Source: Azolla caroliniana (lineage: Eukaryota; Plantae; Polypodiophyta). Taken from it: a stretch of DNA of 64,000 nt. The position numbers were made by a program, and so were the translations under genes. Within the stretch, counting starts at the first letter, position 1. Each line of letters opens with the position of its first letter. Below, in pieces: positions 1 to 12,100 of this stretch. The notes beneath the pieces are model-generated. The model was not told the origin of the DNA, made no database searches, and worked only from the letters and a program-made list of their open reading frames with translations. The stretch is taken from assembly GCA_043228905.1 (NCBI GenBank), contig JBHGNT010000018.1, forward strand, positions 1,550,001-1,614,000, given 5' to 3'.

Positions 1-146
1 CCTAGTTCTAAAGATCATCTCTATTTTCGGCTCCTCGCATAGTAAAACAAAACATGTAATAAGTCTTACTTACAAAGTAGGCATGCATTGATTGTAAGTT
101 ATTTTGAGAAGACGTAAACGCATTATTCATTATTATGATATGTGCC

Positions 147-445
147 AAACTTGTTAAAAAACGCGTATTCTACGTTTAGAGTACGTTTTAGAATACTCTG
201 AAGTATTCTACCTTTTAGAACTGCCGTTTTTTAAAATTTGACGTATTCTACGTATTTAACAAGTATTTATCATTTCAAAAAAAATACTTTAAAATTTAAG
301 AAGTATTTAATGTATTTTACAAGTATTCTAAGTATTTAACGTATTTTATGTATAAAATACAAATTCTAAGTATTTAAAAAAAAAGTTAGAATACTTGTAG
401 AATACTTAGAATACGTATTTTATGTGAAGTATTTTACAACAATGA
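147..445. repeat. AT-rich internally repetitive element (GTATTCTA/TAGAATAC motifs in both orientations), MITE-like
   Basis: Many copies of gtattcta/agtattt and their reverse complements; ends cttgttaaaaaacg...gtattttacaacaatg are loosely inverted. Confidence 0.4.
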
Positions 446-3400
446 TCTGTACATTGTCTATCTCTTATCACAAAAGATTGTATGAAATTTGGTTTGGTAA
501 AAAGAAAGAAAGAGACAAATAAATTTTATTATCGTCCGCAGGGGTCAAATAAGACCTATATGGGATCAAAGTGAGACATTTTCACATACTGTGTTTGGAG
601 TCAATAAGTGACTCTCAATATTTGAGAAACTGTCTAATATCGTAGTTGAGAGTCCATATTGTGACTAAGATAGAAATGTGTATTTGAGACTTTAGTGTTA
701 ACAAAGTTGATGTCTCAAACTTGAGTGTGATCGATGGTAGATCAAACTTGTGAAATTCTTTGATGTAAAACATGCATAGTTTATGAGTCTTCTCTTTTTT
801 TTCCATAAAAAAAACTCCATTGGTATTAAAATTAAAGTGGCCAAAGGTAATATACAAATAGTATATAATATATTCCATCTCAACAACTATAGATCATCAT
901 CAAAGAAAGGACCAAAGTTCACCTCTTTTGTGATCATATTCTATCTTGACTAAGCATAAATCATCTAGAAAAGAAGCAAAATTACTCTCTTTTGCGGATG
1001 TAGAAGAAGTATAAGATATTGAGGAGATTGTTTCTGACATCTATTGCTAATCACATCATCCAAGAGCAGAGGCAAGAGTTGAACTATAGCTTCTATAGAA
1101 GTAACATTAGACTGATGGATAAAGAACGTGTTATGCTTCACATCTCTTCAACAACTTGACATTCTCAGAAGCCCGCTTGGCAAGTCTCATATCATCCCAT
1201 TTCTAACAAGCATTGAGCATTGTATTTATGAGTCTTCTCATTAGAACCCTAACACTAAGCATCATCAGAGAATGTGGGCTAAGTCATATGGAAGCACTGA
1301 TGTGGATGGTGGACAAGGGGATGGTCCATCATGTATCGTGATTGTGGTTTGGCCGTTTTAAGAAGAAGACAAAGTTGTAATGTGGTGTAGCATATGCAAT
1401 GTAACTTGTGAAATGTGGGCCTCCATGTATTTCCCAAGCTATGATACATGGGTGTTGCAAAAAACCTCAATTCACCAAGGATTTACTACACTTGCTAAAC
1501 CCGAGTTCTCTATCCAAAAAGCTTACTGCACACATCAAATGTTGGGCGACATAGTCTTATGTGAACTTTTGAGCTCAAGTAAATAGTTCAAGTTTATTGT
1601 ACTCAAAACTTGAGGTGTAAGGATATTGGACTTTTAATCACCAATTGTTCAGGATTTTCTAAGGGTGTTAAAGACACATAGGTAATAATGTAAATGGTTG
1701 AACACATGATATACATTGTTATAATAGTAAGGAATGTTAATGAAAAGTTGGCTGCATCATAAACTATATTTATATAATTATGTAATGAAACTTTCACTAT
1801 AAAAGGTTAATGACATGAAAGTACGTGCATGTTGTACTTCAAACAAGGTAATGTGTTATCATAAAGAGAGTTTGGAAATTAAATTTAGTAAATACAATGT
1901 GTCCTTAGAGAATGTTAAAAGATTCTAGTGCTTTCTTACGGTATTGTCACCATCTTTGGAGACTCGACAAGATGCAAGTTATGCTCAGAGAAAACACTTT
2001 TTTGAACAAGAGAAAAAGTTGTCCTTTACATTAGTTGAACTGGGGATTTCGATATTCAGTCACTTTCAAGAGCTAGCAAGAGTCTTCTCATGTTTACTAA
2101 CATCCTTGGTTTTGTTTGCAAGGAAACATTACTTGCAATCACGAATTGAAAATCATTATTATTATTTAATTAGAAGCATTTTTCATTCTAAAGATATTGA
2201 ATACAACATATACTTGTTGAGAACTAGACATTACACATTTCGTTTCTTCATTAAGATCATTGTTCTAACAAAACAACAAGAAGGCTTTATTGTTATGTAC
2301 CTAATGACTCCTAACAACTAATTGATGGAAAATTCATTGGTTATTTACGGATGCATACTTAGGGATACCCTATTTTACAAGTTTGTACAAAGCATTATCC
2401 TTATAATAAAGGTGGCATGTAAATTTCCTCAGTTTACGAATCAAACAAACTCCAAAACCAATCTTTTCTTTTTTTACTTTTGAACTTTGTCCTGAAAATG
2501 TGGACTAAAGGCCGTTTTTTTCGGGAGCATCGGTCACAAGGATAGAAGTGGAAAATATTGAAGATTCAAGAGTTGTACATATGTACGCAACCGATTTTGA
2601 TAAGTGAAGGATGAAAAATGCGTGGAACTTGGATGCGCTAAATAAAAGAAAAGGTGGATTTTTCTAAATGTATAGATACAACACCAATGTGATGTGTTAT
2701 TTATTGACTAGGTGGTAAGACACGGTTTTTCATCTTGAGCGACAATTGACTGGGCAAGGACTGCGACTACTTCGAGAAACATGAAATGCTTGGGGAGTGT
2801 GTGAAGTGAAAACAACAAAAAAACACGAACATAAGGTTACTTGTCAATGTGTGATACAGACGACATCTTGGTCCGAGTATTACATCTGACAACAAACATA
2901 TCATGTTTACATGATACAGACGAAATGGTCATTGCGCGCATCAATGTCGCAATCCTACAACAAGCACTTGGCTATGTTTCGCTAATATATAGATAGATAG
3001 ATAGATAGATTTTATTATCGTCCTCCGAGGTCAAATATGATCTGTGAGAAAGAGCGACCAGTTCCGTCTCCCCCGCCTCCTCAACCGGGGGTGTCACTAT
3101 TCGTTCTTTTCTTTTTCTTGCTTTCCAACACAATTCCAGATCCCCACGGACAACTAGGGGGGCGCAGTAAATTGCGTTTTCTATGGCGAGGCGAGGACAG
3201 GCGTAGGGGAGAGCGAAATTTCACACTTGACCTAGGGGCGACCGGCCATGGATGGATTGAGATCGTAGTTTCCCTCTTTTTGTTCTTCTTCATTTATTAC
3301 CATACCCTAACCCCATGGAAAGCATTGATCACATGCATGCATGTGTGTGTATGTACACACATATATACATATCTATCTATCTATCTATCTATCATCTATA

Positions 3401-3495
3401 TATGCATGCATGTATGTATACACATACATACATGATACATACATAAAATCTCCCTCCCTCTCTCTCTCTCTCTACATTGGGAGTTGAGAAGAAAC

Positions 3496-4432
3496 ATGAG
3501 GTTCAGAGTAGCCACATTCTCTTACATTCTCTTCTTCTTCTTCTTCTTCTACTCCTCATTGGTCATCATTCTCTCTTCTTCTTCTTCTTCTTCTTCTTCT
3601 TCTTCTTCACTTAGAGGAGTCCATAGCATTGATAGAGGTAAATCCATTCTCATTTTATTCTCCATCAAATATATATGCATATCTATCTATCTATATATAT
3701 GTTTCTGAATACATGTGTTTTCTCATCATATAAAGAGAAACATTCTTCTAATTTTGGGTTCAGACTATTGGGTCCGCTTCACACCGTCCGGACAAATCAA
3801 CCAGGATTCACAGGCAAGCCACTCCCCCCCCCCCCCCCCCTTCCCAAATAACAAACAGAATAAAGAACAATCAAATTAAATAAATTTGTTTTATCACCCA
3901 ATTTTACTTCAAATTTTGTTTTCTTTTGATTAATTTGAATGCAAAAGAAATGAATAACCAGAAAATTATTTTAAGTGGAATAGTTTTTCGTTTTTGTGAT
4001 CGATCGGGAATTGGTCGGGATTTCGATTATCCTTAATCATGATCAAGTTAGCTTGAATCCTTAATCATGATCAACTTAGCTTGATTACCCTTAATCATGA
4101 TCAAGTTAGCTTGATTATCCTCAATCATGATCAAGCTACCTCAATTATCCTTAATCATGATTAAGGTGTCTTCATTATCCTTAACCATAATCAAGGCTGT
4201 TACATTGATTGTGAGCACACTTGAGCTAATACAATTGTGTGGACAAAAGGTTATTATAGATGAGTATGAGAATGGGCCCGGATCGACGCCCCCGAGGTGT
4301 GAAACCAAATGCGAGCATTGCACACCTTGCATACCCGTTCGGGTCTCCGTCCAACCCGGGCCGCACAAGATCTCCGAGTATTACCCCGAGACTTGGAGGT
4401 GCAAATGTCATGGAAAGCTCTACATGCCATGA
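3496..4432 (+). CDS. EPFL: EPF/EPFL secreted cysteine-rich peptide, EPFL4/5/6 (CHALLAH)-like; exons ~3496-3637, 3764-3813, 4250-4432
   Basis: Hydrophobic signal peptide MRFRVATFSYILFFFFFFYSSLVII; mature domain GPGSTPPRCETKCEHCTPCIPVRVSVQPG...EYYPETWRCKCHGKLYMP has the 6-Cys EPFL pattern. Exon phases are consistent (1, 0) if intron 2 uses a GC donor. Confidence 0.9.
4025..4200. repeat. ~30-bp tandem minisatellite, ~6 copies, in EPFL intron 2
   Basis: Unit gattatccttaatcatgatcaagttagctt repeats, decaying 3'-ward. Confidence 0.85.
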
Positions 4433-6864
4433 AATTATCCAATGCAAGACCGCGGCTTCTGTGAGCTTCCGTTTAATATCCGAATTCTCGTAAATTCCAC
4501 ATCTAAGACCCGTCGGACCATGGTCATCACCCCCTCGGCATCTAACACTTGTCTCACATTTTCTCTCACGGTCAACCAATCTAATGCTATGGTGATGATG
4601 TTTTGTGACATGCTCTTTAACTCCCACGAGAGAAGATTCCATATTTTCGGCATATTGCCCTTAATCCACTTTGAAAGTGTTGGCCATTGTTACTCACTCG
4701 TGACGACACTCATTAATGTTGTCATTCGATCGAGTGTATGCTTGGCAAAAGGGTATAACACTTTGTATCTCTCATTATAGAGTTGAGTCTTGCAACAATA
4801 GATTTTGGTTCTACAATGTGTTCTCATTAGCTTAATCACATTTGCTAGCTTTTACTTGATATGCTTCATCGTGTGGATGTGAATGGTGCATTCTTATTAA
4901 TCTTTCTTAATCTTATTAATCTTTTGATTCCATCTCTCTCAACATGCATGCTTTTCGTTTTTGCTTGCAAGCATCCTTATCTCGCACACGTAAATAATCT
5001 AATATATTATCTTGAATTCCACCACAATAAACGATCCTCAAGAAAGTCTAGGAAAAGCACACGAAACTTATGGATTGCTCGATTTATGAAATTTCCATTC
5101 ATAACTTTTTCTCATCAATTAGATGTTTTATGCTTATTGCAACGTGAAATGTTGGCTCTTTAACAGTTCATTTATGATTTTTTTGTATGACAATCATTAT
5201 GCGGGATGTTAGTAGTACATAAGAGCATGTGCCCAATAACCTCGGACCATATGGGGAAGGTTTGAGAGATATGGAAGAGTGTGAATGAAACATTTGAGTT
5301 GGTGGAAATAGGCCGAAGATGGCTTATATATAGAATCTCCATTGTAGCATGATGCAACTAAAGAACCCAACGTCTCTCTCCTTTATTGTCATATATCCTA
5401 AAAGGAAATCATATTATGTATCATTCATTCGCTTTGCCTATTGGCATGGTAGTTTAGAACATAGCATCAAACTCATAAATGAAGAGAACCTAAGTCATCA
5501 ACGTACAAGTAATACCCTACATAAATTAATTTTCATTGGATGCACATTGTGTGGGTCAACCTAGAATTTATTTCGTAAAAGATGATATGAGTAGAATACC
5601 TTCAAACTAGTTTAACATCAAACACAATAGGCCCTGGGGTGTGTGGTAGATAATGGCTATAGTCTAGACCATATCTCTCTAGATAGACTATGGCCAACTA
5701 AATGACACATAGACAATGATGTTTTGACCATTAATATCCAAATTATTGCTGACTAAATGCCATCAACAAGCTAATGGGCACACCTTTGGCCTAATATGGT
5801 AATAAATGTGCTCATTAACATAAAACCCTTTGAGAATTGCTCTATTGCAATTGAAAATTAGGGGAAACATCACTTGCTAACTATGTCTATTTCCATTATT
5901 GACATGCGGTCCAAGAAAGCTCTAAGTGTGTATACGGTTCAAGATATCGAATCAAAGTGTTTACGTAATGGATAATTTAGGTATTCGTTCTTTTGAAGAT
6001 GAAGACGAACATGAACATGAGATGGTAAGACAAGCACACGAAGAATTTCTTTTTTATAGCACTAACAAATCATATAAAAAAATGAAAGCATAGGATGGTG
6101 CTCCTTGAAATGGCATGAATGTAATTGAGCAATATGTAGAATTCTTAATTTATATACAAGAACATGTGTATGAAAAAGGAATTAATGAGCAATGTAAGAT
6201 CACCTTGATAGGAAGACATATCCACAATATAATGATAGGAAGTCATACACCAATATGAACTTACGAGGTATGCATAGAGATGAATGAATGAGCTCTAGAT
6301 AGTAAATGACATCCAATTCCATAAAGATATAGACACCAAAGGACGAAACTTTAAGGAGTCCATAAAGATAGAGTTTACCAAGGACAAAATTCTTGGAGTC
6401 CGAAAAGATAGATAGACATTAAAAAGGACACAAGCTTAAGAGTTGGTTTATTGAAAAGTTTTGAATTCATAGTCCCGAAAGAGTCATCAATCATCATATG
6501 TGGAGGAGTGTTCAAGGCACAATCTTCGATACAATCATTGGCAAAACAATGTCTATCTTCTTAGCAGTAACTTATTTTAGGTTCTCCTATTTAACATGCT
6601 CAATTTTCATAGCTTTTTTATTTCCTCCTTTGGATTCACGACATATGTACATTTTTCCTACACTTTTACATTGTCCCGTTATCTTTTACTCCAAAGGTTT
6701 GAGTGATAATTAGAGCCATTGTACTGTATATTTAACTGATACAATTGCATCAAGTTCAAGAACGAGCTAACATTCATGGTTTGTTTACAATCACAAGCTA
6801 GATTTAAGTTAGACAAATCCGTTTACAAGGAATCCTAGGAAGTGCTCCCTTGAGCAATTGTTTC

Positions 6865-7225
6865 CCATATTGTTTTTAGATTCTAGGGTTTTGAGTTTCA
6901 AATGTAACATAGTTAACTTTATTAATTAACCATCTCTCTCTATTATTGTAATTACCTTACCCTAATGGTAAGTTGTTGGCACTACAAGCACTACCTTGTG
7001 GGTTCGAAACCCAACTTCCTCACCTCTCTGTTATATATTTCTCATATTGTTTTTAGATTCTACGGTTTTGAGTTTCAAATGTAAACATAGTTACCCTATT
7101 GATTAACCATCTCTCGATCTCTCTTATCGTAATTACCTTACCCTAGTGGTAAGTTGTTGGCACTACAAGCATTGCCTTGTGAGTTCGAAACCCAACTTCC
7201 TCACCTCTCTATTATATACTTCTTA
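6865..7225 (+). repeat. ~180-bp tandem duplication, each copy carrying a tRNA-like (SINE-like) head
   Basis: catattgtttttagattcta...ccctaatggtaagttgttggcactacaagca...ggttcgaaacccaacttcctcacctctct occurs twice; contains A-box-like and B-box (GTTCGAAACCC) motifs. Confidence 0.75.
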
Positions 7226-7257
7226 TATATCTCTTAATTCACTAGATGCCACTGTGA

Positions 7258-7323
7258 AATGTAGGGGTTGAACCCATGACCACCTGGTCTCCATTGGGCA
7301 ACCTTACCAAGTGAGCTACATCC
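7258..7323 (-). mobile_element. tRNA-derived SINE head or tRNA pseudogene
   Basis: Reverse complement gatgtagctcacttggtaagg...ggtcatgggttcaacccctac has an A box (TAGCTCAnnTGG) and a B box (GGTTCAACCC) but no convincing cloverleaf. Confidence 0.5.
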
Positions 7324-7609
7324 ATTTGGGCACTCTTTTTTTCTCTCTCTCCCCCAAAAACCACCAAAATTGGAACTAATAAATAGCAAGTATGGTACAC
7401 ATGTTAGAGAAGTGCATACAATGCGACCTCGTAAGGAAATGTTGAGCACAACTTCAGAGTTTGTTAAATATGGCCTCCCACTCAACAATGGATAAGAACA
7501 TAAAAAACCTATATTTATTTATTTATCGAACCTAAAACACATAGGTGGACAAAGATAGAAACCCCGTAACGTTCTTAAGCAAAAAAAAACAAGATATTTA
7601 CTTATTTTT

Positions 7610-7870
7610 TAGCATCCATAGAGAAGCCAATATTGTTCCATGGGACCCAAGTAAACAAGTTTTCTTGATATGTGTCTCCTTCCTAAGAAGGGGTATTCAT
7701 ACTTCAAAGCACAAAGTCTCAATGTGTGAATAAGGCATACATAAATGAGCTCAACCTTTTAAGTGTGCTCTTTAGTGTGACACTCAAGTCATCATTCCCT
7801 CTTAATATGTGATCAAACTAGGAATTGTAGTATATGCAGAGCATGTAAAAAGCAAGTGATATTCATCCTC
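7610..7870 (+). mobile_element. Dispersed non-coding repeat family A, copy 1
   Basis: tgggacc...tcttgatat.tgtctccttcctaagaaggggtattcatac...aagcacaaagtctc.atgtgtgaataa...gagctcaacctt is shared with 63005-63280, 14333-14585 and 29261-29365 (reverse). Confidence 0.75.
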
Positions 7871-9131
7871 CCCAAACCCTTATGTACGTGTCTTACATGC
7901 CTTTATATTTGCAGATTTTGATGCCACAATCCAACTTCAAAATACTGAAATTGTCTACTGGACAATTGTGTCAAATGAGCATGAAAAAGCAAAAAAATAC
8001 TCATGTGTACGCATTGACACAATGATCATCAACAAAGAAACTAGGCAAATTTTGGAATTTGTCTCCCAAATGCCGCTAGCATTTGTGTCATTTACCCAAA
8101 TGGGCAAGGGCAACCCCCTTCTCACGCAATTTCAATGTTCTATAGGAGCAACGACACGATAAATTCACAACAAGACATATATTAGAGAATGCCTTTCATG
8201 CAGAAAATGTGGATACTTCTGAAAAAGGAATGTAAAAAATAAATAGCTATGTTACAAAAGCAAATGCAAAAACTACATCAATACGATGCAAGTTGTCTTT
8301 TGCTCTCTCCTCAATCTCATTAAAATTTGATCGACTTCGTTATACAACGACCGTTTAGTGAAGAATCGACAACCCTTCAAGACCAAACTATTTCAAAAAG
8401 GTAGGTAACATCATCATTCTCACCACACTTTTTGACAAGGAAAACATACAAAAAGAACAGATTCCATTTCTTTTTCCTGTACTATATTAGTAGCATCATT
8501 CATGTATCTATGAACCATTCCACAAAGTTTATCAATATGTCCCACTTTAGAATTGTCTTGGATTTGAAGATAAGCTTCAAACTTACAAATAGGATAAAAG
8601 ATTCTAAATCATCAATATACCATAAAACTTTTGCATCAAAATAAATACAAGCTGTATGTAAGCAAATATGTCTACCCATATGATACCTTTGCAAGAAAAG
8701 GACACATCATCAACACTTCAATCAACAAAGGTAACCCACGAGTGTTATTTTGTCACAGCTTGGCGTTGTTATTTAACAAACATTCGAATCTTTTTGTGTG
8801 TCAGTTACATCTTTGGACCAAATAATCCAAAAGATAAGACAACTATTGTATTTTAAATCTTATTCAAAAAATGAGCTTCTGTCAATCATCTCAATGTGAA
8901 TGTTGCTAATATATCTTGGAATCAAATAATCCAATAAAGAAAACAAGCTCTTTTAATTGGAAGTTATTATGTTATATAGAATGATGATGATCAAAAGAAT
9001 AACAAAAGATAAAAGTATGATCACTATATGAATAATATAATTGATCGTCCGATGTATAACCGAATATAACCTTCACCTTTCAGAACTAGGTGCATAAAAC
9101 ACTTGCTCGAGGGGAGAAAGGAAAAGAGAAT

Positions 9132-12100
9132 TTACATTTGTGGCCTTGTTTGTACCAGATATAGTTCTCCATCCTTTATGACACCTTCGATATCCTGAGC
9201 AGATCCTAATAACTCCTCAACGGCTGCACCGGCTTCTGCAATCTTGGAAAGAATGGACTTCTGGAACCCATCATCTATCACCAATGGATCGATCGAATAA
9301 TCTACTACTCTTTGCTCTTCCTCATCCATCGGAACACTGGAAAATGTAAAATCCATTTTATATTTTGCTTACAAAAGCATTTTCGAAAAACAATGCATAC
9401 CAACAAACTTTACCTGTCATACAGCCCTGCTCCAGCATATCCTTCAAGATCTTCACCGTTAGAATCAGACCTAAAGATGATTGATTGTTTGATGAATAAT
9501 CCGACACGCTTACTGGGAAATCCTGTTACCTGGTTTACACAAATAAACATGAAGTACATATAAGCATCTTCTTAACGCAACGAATCATTTGTGATGAGAG
9601 TTAATCGAATGTCCACAGCAAAGAAAATCATCGTGTGCATCTTTACATATATGCAACCCAATATGTTTCATTGCAGTAACATGTATAGCTTTTGCTACTT
9701 ACTTGAGGATTTCTTATATCATTTTTCTTGGTAACAAAGCTTAAGGCACGACCAGCATAAGCACCAACCAAGGTCTCACCTAAACCTTTCACAATCTGAA
9801 TCACACAAAGCATAGAGCTTAATTAAGACATAACAAAAGGTCTTGTAAGCATTCTGCATAAAATATATGCTTTCTACCTCTGCATAAATTTCTGAAGAGT
9901 CTTCGTTTGAAGGATTGGTTGTGTGTATAACAAAGGCATAATCTGCTCTGACAATTTCTTGCACCAGGACAGCCATACAAAGATCATTATGGTCTATTCT
10001 TGCTTTCCGTGTGCTGAAGTAAGCCCTCTCATTCCATTTCGAAGCCCAAACCTTATAAATAATTTCGAAGCCCTCTCAGTCATCTTATATGAACAAATAA
10101 ACCGAAATTATAAAGATTTCCATGAAATTAATGTGCCTTTCCTCACCTTCCTGATTGCAGTCCATGCGCTTTCCCACCTCTGCTCTCCTTCATCACCAGG
10201 CCAAGGCATATTTGACTGTTTCATGACTGATCGGAGATCTTCAACCTATAACACAGTTACAGAATTTAATATTTAAGAAGAGTATTCTCTCCATATCGTT
10301 CATCGAAATAATAAGACATGGACATTGCAGTGTGCACACGCTAGCCACATAGACACAGAAAAGAAAACCCAAAATTACATTTTCAAAACTTCAATGAAAC
10401 TCGAGATATAAAGAAAAGAAATATATTTTTTCCAAATAAATGTGATTGTAAACATAGAAATGTCTGTTCATACCAAATTAGGAGGTGCTTGAAGGCCCAA
10501 AACAGCCTTGCGGATCTCATGTAGTTTACTGAAGTCTCCCTTTTTCAAAGAATCTTCTAAATCCGAAATTTCGGCAGCAATATCCTACATTTGCAGCAAT
10601 TGCTAGTTAATGTACTTGCACTTAAGTATACTACATGAGCACAGAGACATAAACATCATCAGCTCAAAATATTGCAAAAGAAATATTTCACTGTCATACT
10701 CACATATCTGATTTTCAAGACAAATTGAGTGAAACCACTAACCTTGTTTCTCTCCTCTGACAAGACTTTTTCAAAAACTCCGAATGGGATTGCAACTGAT
10801 GTAGGAACTTTAATCCATGAAGGTAACTTACTTTTCAGGTTCGCAATGTTACGGGATTTTGCACCAACCTGTGAGGTGCATAAGTTTATCATCATTTGCT
10901 TATTGGAAAACAATACACACAAAATCATGTTTTTTCAAACTAGCCACGTACAAAGTCAATATCAAACTCATCTGCAGAAATTGCATACTTGCCCCTGAAT
11001 GTTTTCTTATTTAAACTGATACCAGGGAAGGATTCATCAACAGTACTAGAGTTTGGACCCCCATTCGATATATCAGAATCACTGATTTCACTGCAATAAT
11101 CTCAATATTAGACTCCCTGATATAAACTTGAAAAGGAATTTAAACCCATGCAAACATGTCTATGTAAATATCTATATGGCATAAAAATTTATTATAGATG
11201 GACGTTATTCCATGACTAAGAGCATCAAATCTCTATGTATTCCAAAAAATTCTAGGAAATAATATTACATGTCATGCTCAAACAATCCATACTATTTATA
11301 ATCACGTGATCCAACAGCCAAACTCTCCAATGTCATCAGAGGATTATGAGTATTCACCTGTAAGTAATACCAGACGAGTGTGGTTGCAACCTAAAAAACA
11401 TGCCCTTCTTACTCTGAAGATCACTAAAGACTTCCATATCAAAGCACGTAGCAAAACAAATCTGGAAAGAAGATCAAGCCATTTTGTTAGCTTCTTGCAT
11501 TTTGTACTAAAAAAGGAATGCTCTATGTTACCCTCCACTTACCTTTCCATTTCGTGCTCTCACTGAAACGTGTGATAACACATCAGGCATATCTGGAGTG
11601 AGAACTGCAACTGCTCCATCTGGGATTTCTTCTTCACCTTTTACTTTGTTAGCCACCAGGATTGTTGGCTTACTATACACTTTTTCCTGCACATCTGCTA
11701 GATCACCTACGACCTCCACATAGCCACTAACTTCCACCGGACTGATAACTTGCCAGCTGAACAAAAAGTAGACAGTACTCGTTAAATTTCTACATATCAA
11801 TAGTGTTCAATCAAGCAAATAGATGTGAACTGTGCGAGTAACCCTCTTTGTGATACCTACCTGCCCAGGTTGGCAGCAGCCCGTAATATGGGATCAATTC
11901 TGTTCAAGAGCTGAGACAGAGATGCCGCAGTACCAGACCGGATTATCTCCTCGGTAAAGATATCAATCTGTTTGCAATGACAGGAAATCCTAATACTTAA
12001 GCTCCTAAAATTTGCCAATCTTAAGGATAGATATTCGAATTTCCAATACTATACTCTACATTGATTTACATCTGGGAATAGATATAACAAGATGACTTTG

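Noticed and set aside
900-2340. Possible decayed transposon coding sequence (ORFs 1380-1586, 1944-2321)
   Set aside because: I could not recognise any diagnostic domain motif; a translated search is needed.
4025-4200. 30-bp palindromic repeats as a CRISPR array
   Set aside because: Units are head-to-tail with no unique spacers, lie in a plant intron, and no cas genes are present.
7545-7733. Similar small ORFs here and at 62896-63135 suggesting a peptide family
   Set aside because: Similarity is confined to dispersed repeat A; starts differ and other copies do not keep the ORF.
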